The position numbers and the translations under genes were made by a program. Positions 18,596 to 26,372 of a stretch of 64,000 nucleotides of DNA are shown one piece after another. Position 1 is the first letter of the stretch. Every line of letters starts with the position of its first letter. The notes under the pieces are model-generated. The model searched no databases, was not told the DNA's origin, and saw only the letters and a program-made list of their open reading frames with translations. The stretch comes from an uncultured Flavobacteriales bacterium (GTDB lineage Bacteria > Bacteroidota > Bacteroidia > Flavobacteriales_G > Salibacteraceae). The stretch spans positions 1,295 to 65,294 of the forward strand of contig CALKOP010000062.1 of the NCBI GenBank assembly GCA_938091155.1, written 5' to 3'.

Positions 18596-19126
18596 CTCTT
18601 TTCGTCCCAAACGAGCCATTTTCACCTATTTTTGATAGTTTTTAGTGGTTTTTGGCTCAAAAAACCTCAATTATCTCTCAAAACCAACTAAAACCTGAAA
18701 GCCAAAACCTAAGGTGTCGAATCACCTCAGGGGGTGGGTTGTTATAAATCGGATTTGTCTTTTGGTAAGGGTTCCAAGGGTATAGTATAACCCAATATGT
18801 GGGTGTATTACATCGTCTTTACAATACCTTGGTGTTGTGTCGTGTGCAGAAAGAATCAAAACTTTATTGTCGAGAGAAACACTCTCATTGATTAATTTCC
18901 ATTTTCTCTTGTTTTGACGACGCTAATTTAGCCGCTTTAAACACGTAATACGTAAAAACCAGCCCCTGCGTTTAATATGCCTCATTTCAAATAGATTATG
19001 CGATAGCTTTCATTTTAAATGTGATTAATAGAGTTTGAATTCCTGCTAATTCTAGACCCAACCTCCGCAATCTTAAGTAGGAAATGCAATTGGCTTTATA
19101 ATCGATCGCTGGAATTTTTAGACCCA

Positions 19127-19158
19127 CAGGAAACGTTTTTATGCTTTTTTGTTTCCTG
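19127..19158. promoter_or_regulatory. 8-bp inverted repeat upstream of the TetR gene (candidate operator)
   Basis: caggaaac-N16-gtttcctg, ending 33 nt before the ATG at 19191. Confidence 0.35.
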
Positions 19159-19190
19159 CGTAATTATTGTTTCTACATTCACCCCGAATT

Positions 19191-19823
19191 ATGGATACAG
19201 AAATGGATAAACGTGGTCAAAAGCTATTAGCTGGAACAGTTCAGCTGTTTATGCGCTATGGCATCAAGAGCATGACGATGGACGACATTTCGCGTCACCT
19301 CGGAGTGTCAAAAAAGACTCTATATTTATGTGTATCTGATAAAAACGACCTGGTAGTGAAGTCACTTCAAGCGCTGGTTTCTCAAGAAATGATTCACGCA
19401 AATCATCTGTGCGATTCCATCCCAAATGCAATTGATATGCTATTTGAGTTGACCAAAGAAATGAGTCAAAAATTTGGACAGGTTCACCCCTCAATCAACT
19501 ATGATTTACAGAAATATCACCCTCAAGCCTGGGACGTATTTCATCAATTCCAAACCAATTTTGTACATGAATGTGTTGAGGGCAATTTAAAGAAAGGAAT
19601 AGAGCAAGGTTATTATCGAGATAATTTAGATCCATTTCTTATTGCTGCATTTTATGCTATTAAAGTCCATCTCTGCTCTGATGGACACACATTTCCACCA
19701 GAAAAATACTCTTTCAAAAAGATTCATTTAGAAATGATGCGCTATCACATTCGAGGTATTGCCAGTGAAAAAGGGCTGAAATACTTGAAAGAAAAAGTTA
19801 AAAACGAAAACATCGAACTATAA
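19191..19823 (+). CDS. TetR/AcrR family transcriptional regulator
   Basis: The ATG at 19191 gives MDTEMDKRGQ. The HTH region is FMRYGIKSMTMDDISRHLGVSKKTLY. It lies directly upstream of the efflux genes. Confidence 0.88.
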   Translation: MDTEMDKRGQKLLAGTVQLFMRYGIKSMTMDDISRHLGVSKKTLYLCVSDKNDLVVKSLQALVSQEMIHANHLCDSIPNAIDMLFELTKEMSQKFGQVHPSINYDLQKYHPQAWDVFHQFQTNFVHECVEGNLKKGIEQGYYRDNLDPFLIAAFYAIKVHLCSDGHTFPPEKYSFKKIHLEMMRYHIRGIASEKGLKYLKEKVKNENIEL

Positions 19824-19828
19824 TCACC

Positions 19829-21169
19829 ATGCAAGGGAAGTTCATTATTTGTCTATTATTCATCGCTCTCAGCAATATAGTTTCAGGCCAAGAAGCGAGA
19901 ACCTTTTCGTTAGCAGAGGCCTTGGCTTTTGGAGGGCAAAACAACCTGCAACTCAAACAAGCTGAGATAGATATTAAGATTAGTCAAAGCAAAGTTCGCG
20001 AAATCACGGCCATTGGCTTACCACGAGTAAATGCCGAGGCTTCTTACAACAACTTTATTGACATCCCCACCCAAGTTGCTGAAGCCAGCGCTTTTGATCC
20101 ATCCGCACCTGCCGGTATTTTGGTGCCTCTGCAATTTGGGTTACCACACAGCTTAACTGGTGGAATAACCGCAAGTCAATTATTGTTTGATGGTTCGTAT
20201 TTCGTGGGTCTCAAGGCTGCCAAGGAATACATGAAATATTCACAATTAGGTGCTGACAGAACCGAAAGCGAAGTAAAAACGAGTATCACTCAGACCTATA
20301 TCAATGCCATCGCTGCTCAAGAGAACATTGAGGCACTTGAAGAAAACAAGAAAAACATCGAGCAGATTTATACGGAAACATCAAAGTTTTACGAGGTAGG
20401 TTTTCTGGAAAGGCAGGACGCTGATCAGGTCCGATTGCTTCAATCAAACATTACTTATCAGTTAGACTTCGCCAATCGGCAACACGAAGCAGTCCTTAAT
20501 CTTCTCAAGTTTCAAATGGGTGTGCCCGTTAGCGAGACAATTACACTTACAGACGACATAGAAACCCTCATTGATATGGGATCTGATAATGCGCTAAGCT
20601 TAATAAACCAGCCATTTTCTCCAACAAATCATATCGACTATCAAACAGTGCTGCAAGGAGAGAGGCTTAGTGAGCTATCACTCTCCAATACCCGAACTGG
20701 ATATTATCCTCAACTAAGTGCGTTTTTCACCCATAGTCAAAACTCGTTTAGCAATGATTTTAGCGACATCGTGGACAAGTTCTACCCAACAACCTTGTGG
20801 GGACTTCAGCTGAATGTGCCCATTTTTAGTTCTGGAATGCGCTACATGAAAACCCAGCAATCTAAGCTGGAACTGGAAAAAACAAGAAGTCAAAAAGCTA
20901 TGCTTGAGCAAAGCTTAACAATGCAAGCAATTAATGCAGCAAGCTCGTATAAAAGTGCACTAGAACGATATAGTGTATTAACAGACGATCTGGAACTTGC
21001 GAAATCTATTAAAGAAACAACCAGAATTAAATTTAATGAGGGCCTTGCTTCTAGCAATGATCTGACTCAAGCCGAATCTCAGTATTTAACTACTCTCGGA
21101 AACTATATCAACACCACCATTGAGCTGCTAAATGCGAAGCTTAATCTAGTGACAGCCTGCGGAATCTAA
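19829..21169 (+). CDS. TolC-family outer membrane efflux protein
   Basis: 446 aa with a signal peptide. Two coiled repeat halves with TolC-like strings (LSLAEALAFGGQNNLQLKQAEIDI, RTGYYPQLSAFFTHS). Confidence 0.88.
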   Translation: MQGKFIICLLFIALSNIVSGQEARTFSLAEALAFGGQNNLQLKQAEIDIKISQSKVREITAIGLPRVNAEASYNNFIDIPTQVAEASAFDPSAPAGILVPLQFGLPHSLTGGITASQLLFDGSYFVGLKAAKEYMKYSQLGADRTESEVKTSITQTYINAIAAQENIEALEENKKNIEQIYTETSKFYEVGFLERQDADQVRLLQSNITYQLDFANRQHEAVLNLLKFQMGVPVSETITLTDDIETLIDMGSDNALSLINQPFSPTNHIDYQTVLQGERLSELSLSNTRTGYYPQLSAFFTHSQNSFSNDFSDIVDKFYPTTLWGLQLNVPIFSSGMRYMKTQQSKLELEKTRSQKAMLEQSLTMQAINAASSYKSALERYSVLTDDLELAKSIKETTRIKFNEGLASSNDLTQAESQYLTTLGNYINTTIELLNAKLNLVTACGI

Positions 21170-21170
21170 A

Positions 21171-22253
21171 ATGAAAACAAGCCAAACGACACAACCAAAA
21201 AGTATCATGAGATATTCATTGCTAACTATTACCACAGCCATCGTTTTAAGTTCTTGTGGCGGAGATGATTCAACTGACCCAACTGAAACAAGCGATACAA
21301 CTGCAGTTGCGGAAAAAAAGACTATAATAACCGCTACACAATTGGCTCGAACTGACTTTAGCCATTACTTCACCGTTCAGGGTTTAGTGGAGGCAGATCA
21401 AAACGCCCAGCTTTTCCCAGAAGCAGCCGGAAAAATTATCTCTATTTCTGTAAAGGAAGGTGACAATGTTTCTAAAGGACAAACGCTGATGATCATCGAT
21501 AGCAAGATTGTTTCTAATCAAATAAATGAGTTGAAGTCAAGGCTAAAACTTGCCAAATTGATTTATGAAAAACAAGAATCACTTTGGAGCCAAGAAATAG
21601 GATCTGAAATTCAATACCTAGAAGCCAAGAACAATTTCGAATCGCTTGAGAATAATTTGGAAACGCTTGAGGCTCAGAAGAGCTTATATGTAATCAATGC
21701 TCCGTTTTCAGGTGTCGTAGATGAAATCAACCCAAAAGTTGGTGAAATGGCAAATCCAGCAATGCCAGCCTTCAGACTCATTAACATGAAGTCAGTTTAT
21801 GTAAAAGCAGATGTCACAGAAGGCTACTTGGGAAAAATTAAGGCTGGTGACGCAGTGGTAGCTTCGTTTCCAAGCATGAATCATGAAGTTGAAACTAAGA
21901 TTGGTCGAATTGGAAACTTTATAAATCCAAACAACAGAACGTTCAAGATCACACTGGATTTACCCAACTCGGACAACATGCTTCGCCCCAATCTGTTGGC
22001 AGAAATCAGCATTTGCGATTACAGTTCGGAGAGCACCGTTGTTATTCCTGCTACCTTAATACAGATGACCCCGACTGGTCAAGAATTTGTCTATACAGTA
22101 GAAAATGGTCTAGCCAAAAAGGTAGAAATTACAACGAGCATTACTTACCTGAATAATGTTGAAGTAACCGAGGGACTTACAGGAACAGAAATTCTAATAG
22201 AACGCGGTGCAAGATCTGTAAAAGATGGTGACAAGGTTGCCATTCAGTCATAA
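21171..22253 (+). CDS. efflux RND transporter periplasmic adaptor (MFP/HlyD family) lipoprotein
   Basis: 360 aa. Lipobox LSSC, a lipoyl-like GDNVSKGQTLMIID and INAPFSGVVDEI. Confidence 0.88.
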   Translation: MKTSQTTQPKSIMRYSLLTITTAIVLSSCGGDDSTDPTETSDTTAVAEKKTIITATQLARTDFSHYFTVQGLVEADQNAQLFPEAAGKIISISVKEGDNVSKGQTLMIIDSKIVSNQINELKSRLKLAKLIYEKQESLWSQEIGSEIQYLEAKNNFESLENNLETLEAQKSLYVINAPFSGVVDEINPKVGEMANPAMPAFRLINMKSVYVKADVTEGYLGKIKAGDAVVASFPSMNHEVETKIGRIGNFINPNNRTFKITLDLPNSDNMLRPNLLAEISICDYSSESTVVIPATLIQMTPTGQEFVYTVENGLAKKVEITTSITYLNNVEVTEGLTGTEILIERGARSVKDGDKVAIQS

Positions 22254-22277
22254 TTAGAAATCTCTCAAGACAAAAAA

Positions 22278-25200
22278 ATGCAAGAGAAAATAAAAGCTAA
22301 ACTGCGCGAATTCGGACTGAGTACGGCCAGCATCAATAATCGAATGACGGTTATGGTTATCCTCGTTATTCTAGTCATAACAGGCATCCAAGCCTATGTC
22401 GGCATGCCTCGAGAAGCATTTCCCGAGGTAGTCATTCCTCAAATTTATGTGGGTACTCCATACCCTGGAAACTCGCCCGTTGATATTGAAAAGCTCCTGA
22501 CGCGTCCACTTGAAAAAGAAATTGGTTCCATATCCGGAATTGATAAAATGACCTCTACTTCAGTGGAAGGTTACTCAACTATCTTTATAGAATTCGATTT
22601 CAGTGTGACTCCAGATGAGGCCCTTCGAAAGGTTAAGGATAAGGTAGACATTGCGATGGGTGACCAAGATTTCCCACAAGATCTTCCTGCTGATCCTAAC
22701 GTATTCGAAATGAACATTTCGGAGCTTACACCTGTGATGAACATCAACCTTAGTGGCGATTTCAGCATTGACCAACTCAATGAATACGCGGAATATCTTG
22801 AGGATAAGATTGAAAAGTTATCCGAAATTACAGAGGTCGATATACGAGGAGTTCAGGAAAAAGAAATGAAGGTCAATGTAGATCTCTTTCGACTGCAAGC
22901 CAATGAATTAAGCTTTAATGACATTGCAGGAGCCATTTCAAATGAAAACATGACCATTTCAGCGGGAAATATGCTGGAAGGATCCATGCGTAAAACCGTT
23001 CGCATCGAGGGTGAGTTTAAAAATGCGGCCGACCTAGGCAAGGTGATCATCAAACAGGAAAAAGGCAACATTGTGTACCTCAGTGATGTGGCAGATGTTG
23101 TTTTCGAAGAGCAAGAATCTGAGAGCTACGCCCGCCAAGCAACCAAACCAGTAGTGATGGTTGATGTGAAAAAACGAGCCGGAGAAAACCTCATCAATGC
23201 GGCTGACAAAATTGTAGACATTATAGATGAGGCAAGAGAAGAAATATTTCCTGATAACCTTGAAATTACAATCACAGGAGATCAGAGTAAACAAACAAGA
23301 ACCCAAGTGAGTGAGTTGGAGAACAGCATCATTTTCGGTATGCTTCTAGTAATTACTGTTCTTCTTTTCTTTCTTGGATTAAGAAACGCCCTCTTTGTAG
23401 GAGTTGCTATTCCGCTATCCATGTTTATCTCATTCTTCATTTTAAGTGCCGCAGGAGTCACCCTCAATATGATGGTATTATTCGCCTTGGTTCTTGCACT
23501 TGGAATGTTGGTAGATAACGGAATTGTAGTAGTTGAAAACATCTATCGATTGATGGATGAGGGAATGAATGCCATAGATGCGGCTAAATATGGTGTCGGA
23601 GAAGTCGCCTGGCCAATTATCGCATCAACCGCTACGACTCTTGCTGCATTCTCGCCATTGATTGTGTGGCCGGGTCTCATGGGAGAATTCATGTTCTTTC
23701 TGCCAATGACGCTTATTATTGTTTTGGGCTCATCATTGTTTGTGGCATTGGTAATCAATCCAGTATTAACTGCAATGTTCATGAAGTTAGAAGAGGCTCC
23801 AATGCGAGCTAAGAAGGCAATAACCTTGGGGTCGATTTTGATGATTATTGGACTAATTATTTCATACGAGGCAGTTGCTCTCGGTAATCTCATCGCAATT
23901 GGAGGTTTTCTGGTCATTACCACGAAATTCATTCTAACTCCAGCAACAAACTATTTCCAAACCAGGCTTATTCCGTGGATGGAACGTGGTTATGAGAAAT
24001 TTCTGAGACATGTGTTCAATCGAAAAACACCAATTGCATATTTTATTGGCACACTGCTGCTATTGGTATTCTCGTTCATTCTACTTGGTGTTTTCTCTCC
24101 AAAGGTGTTGTTCTTTCCAGTCAACATGCCCAACTATGTGAATGTGTTTATTGAAGCGCCAATTGGCACTGACATTATTGATGTCAATAAAACAACAAAA
24201 GAACTCGAGACCAAGATCATCGACTACGTTAGCCAATATGAAGTGGAAGATGAGGAATCAAATGGCGTACGCAATCGATATAACTATTTGGTAGAATCGG
24301 TTATTGCGCAGGTGGGAGCGGGTACATCGGATCCGAACGAAGGCCCATCCATGGCAGCCACGCCAAACAAGGCAAGAATCACTGTTTCCTTTGTTCAGTT
24401 TCAACATCGAAGAGGCGTAAGTACCAATCAGGTAATGGATGATATACGCGAGCTAGTTGGCGGTACCCCAGGGGTTCAAATCACAGTAGATAAAGACCCT
24501 GCTGGACCTCCACAAGCAAAGCCTATCAACATTGAAGTTTCAGGTGACAACTATGATGAATTACTTGCAGAAGCCAAAAGAGTCAAGGCATACATTGATG
24601 ACCTTGATATTGTCGGTGTGGAAGAGCTAAAATTGGATGTTAGTATTGGAAAGCCCGAAATGCCAGTTTTTGTAGACAGAGCAAAAGCAAGGAGATACAA
24701 TGTCTCGACAGGACAAATTGGTTCTACCCTTCGAAATTCTCTATTTGGCATGGAAGTAAGTCGTTTTAAAAGCGGTGAAGATGAGTACCCGATAATGGTG
24801 CGGTTACAGGACAAATACCGCTATAACGAAGATGCCTTGATGAATCAACTCATCACATTTCGCGATCAAACAAACGGTCAAATACAACAAGTGCCAATAT
24901 CTGCTGTAGCAAGTGCCAAACGCTCCACAACATTCAATGCAGTAAAAAGAAAGGACCAAAAAAGGTTGATTACTGTTTCATCCAATGTTTTGGAAAGCTC
25001 AAACCCGAATGAGGTGGTAGCAGAACTTCAAGCAGCTTTAGAAGAATACCAAAAACCAGAAAAAGTTGACATAAAGTTCACTGGTCAAATGGAAGATCAA
25101 GAGAAGGAAATGGACTTTTTAAGCACCGCTTTACTAATTGCAGTTTTTCTAATATTCTTAATTCTAGTTGCCCAGTTTAATTCTGTGCTGACCCCTTTCA

Positions 25201-25733
25201 TTATTGTCGGTTCGGTTGTGTTGAGCCTCATTGGTGTATTCCTAGGTTTAGTTGTATTCCAAATGGAATTTATCATTATGATGACCATGATCGGGATCAT
25301 TTCCCTCGCTGGAATTGTGGTAAATAACGCCATAGTATTAATTGATTACACCAAACTTGTCATTGATCGTAAAAGAGATGAGCTTGATTTACCGGAAAAC
25401 TCTAAGCTTCCAATTCCAGATCTTATTGACTGTATGGTTGAGGGAGGCAAAACACGTCTGAGACCAGTATTGCTTACTGCAATTACCACTGTTCTTGGAT
25501 TGGTGCCATTAGCCGTTGGTTTAAATATCGACTTCATTTCACTTTTGACCGAATATGACCCTAAGATTTACGTGGGTGGAGATAACGTAGTATTCTGGGG
25601 ACCAATGAGCTGGACCGTCATATTCGGATTGACATTCGCAACTTTCCTTACACTGGTAATTGTGCCTGTCATGTATTATCTAAAAACGAGGTTTGCGTAC
25701 CAATTGGCAGGAGATAAGGAACTGCATTTATAA
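22278..25733 (+). CDS. efflux RND transporter permease (AcrB/AcrD/AcrF family)
   Basis: 1151 aa with a 12-TM architecture. GMLVDNGIVVVENI and AGIVVNNAIVLIDY repeat blocks. Confidence 0.93.
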   Translation: MQEKIKAKLREFGLSTASINNRMTVMVILVILVITGIQAYVGMPREAFPEVVIPQIYVGTPYPGNSPVDIEKLLTRPLEKEIGSISGIDKMTSTSVEGYSTIFIEFDFSVTPDEALRKVKDKVDIAMGDQDFPQDLPADPNVFEMNISELTPVMNINLSGDFSIDQLNEYAEYLEDKIEKLSEITEVDIRGVQEKEMKVNVDLFRLQANELSFNDIAGAISNENMTISAGNMLEGSMRKTVRIEGEFKNAADLGKVIIKQEKGNIVYLSDVADVVFEEQESESYARQATKPVVMVDVKKRAGENLINAADKIVDIIDEAREEIFPDNLEITITGDQSKQTRTQVSELENSIIFGMLLVITVLLFFLGLRNALFVGVAIPLSMFISFFILSAAGVTLNMMVLFALVLALGMLVDNGIVVVENIYRLMDEGMNAIDAAKYGVGEVAWPIIASTATTLAAFSPLIVWPGLMGEFMFFLPMTLIIVLGSSLFVALVINPVLTAMFMKLEEAPMRAKKAITLGSILMIIGLIISYEAVALGNLIAIGGFLVITTKFILTPATNYFQTRLIPWMERGYEKFLRHVFNRKTPIAYFIGTLLLLVFSFILLGVFSPKVLFFPVNMPNYVNVFIEAPIGTDIIDVNKTTKELETKIIDYVSQYEVEDEESNGVRNRYNYLVESVIAQVGAGTSDPNEGPSMAATPNKARITVSFVQFQHRRGVSTNQVMDDIRELVGGTPGVQITVDKDPAGPPQAKPINIEVSGDNYDELLAEAKRVKAYIDDLDIVGVEELKLDVSIGKPEMPVFVDRAKARRYNVSTGQIGSTLRNSLFGMEVSRFKSGEDEYPIMVRLQDKYRYNEDALMNQLITFRDQTNGQIQQVPISAVASAKRSTTFNAVKRKDQKRLITVSSNVLESSNPNEVVAELQAALEEYQKPEKVDIKFTGQMEDQEKEMDFLSTALLIAVFLIFLILVAQFNSVLTPFIIVGSVVLSLIGVFLGLVVFQMEFIIMMTMIGIISLAGIVVNNAIVLIDYTKLVIDRKRDELDLPENSKLPIPDLIDCMVEGGKTRLRPVLLTAITTVLGLVPLAVGLNIDFISLLTEYDPKIYVGGDNVVFWGPMSWTVIFGLTFATFLTLVIVPVMYYLKTRFAYQLAGDKELHL

Positions 25734-25754
25734 ATAGTAGGTTGGTTTGAAAAA

Positions 25755-25788
25755 GGCGGACTGATCATAGATCAGTCCGCCTTTTTTT
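25755..25788. terminator. bidirectional rho-independent terminator
   Basis: ggcggactgatc-ata-gatcagtccgcc (perfect 12-bp stem), flanked by an A-run on the left and T7 on the right. It starts 22 nt after the RND stop. Confidence 0.85.
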
Positions 25789-25930
25789 AGTCATCGTAAG
25801 CCACTAAATCATGCACTACCTCTACGGTACTTATGCGCTTAACAGTTTCAAAAGATTCCTGCTCGAATACAGATAAAGCCTCACATTGTATCAGCTCACT
25901 GTCGTCATAACACTGATAAGTCAACGTCAC
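25787..25930 (-). CDS. candidate 47-aa acidic small protein, GTG start overlapping the upstream stop
   Basis: Below the ORF-track size cut-off. The GTG at 25930 overlaps the lipoprotein TGA (GTGA). The translation is MTLTYQCYDDSELIQCEALSVFEQESFETVKRISTVEVVHDLVAYDD. Its stop lies in the terminator T-tract. Confidence 0.3.
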   Translation of the reverse strand: MTLTYQCYDDSELIQCEALSVFEQESFETVKRISTVEVVHDLVAYDD

Positions 25931-26178
25931 ACGTTCACCCTATTGAGAATAAAAGAGGTTCCACAAAAACCCATATCCTCAGGAAAGTAATTGTACACTT
26001 CAAGCACATCACCACAGTCTTTTTCAAACCATAGGCCGCTGCACATTCCCATATCTCGAAACGTTACTTCTTCAGTAGTAACATTTCCTCCATATTTGCC
26101 TAGAAGGTCAATGATTTGTTTTTCGCATGAAACAAACCCAATGGCACAGGCAAGAATTATTAAAATATTTTTCATCAT
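25927..26178 (-). CDS. small Cys-containing lipoprotein, function unknown
   Basis: The internal ATG at 26178 gives MMKNILIILACAIGFVSCEKQ (lipobox FVSC). 83 aa. Confidence 0.6.
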   Translation of the reverse strand: MMKNILIILACAIGFVSCEKQIIDLLGKYGGNVTTEEVTFRDMGMCSGLWFEKDCGDVLEVYNYFPEDMGFCGTSFILNRVNV

Positions 26179-26372
26179 ATCAATTTTGAATTTCCTTTTA
26201 GATGCGTTTTCAATTTCTAACCTTGCATGAAGGAATCCTGATGTGAAGAAAGTCACGCTCTATTAACAAAAACAGTAAAGAAAATGACTGGTAAGATTCC
26301 AAACATAATCGAGGCTTACTATACACAAAGATTGGGTATTGGTTAGTTTTGCTTCGTTGTAATTTCAAGCCT

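Noticed and set aside
18692-18892. 67-codon minus-strand open frame (…KVLILSAHDTTPRYCKDDVIHPHIGLYY…) as a third gene remnant.
   Set aside because: It has no start codon and no family I can name. That length is only marginally beyond chance when six frames are scanned. It is mentioned only within the gene-poor-stretch finding.
23543-23932. Long antisense ORFs inside large genes. Examples: 113..556, 3455..3802, 23543..23932, 50111..50530, 53209..53592, 61717..62022.
   Set aside because: These are shadow ORFs on the opposite strand of genes with unambiguous homology. Their composition is hydrophobic or low-complexity and no motifs are visible.
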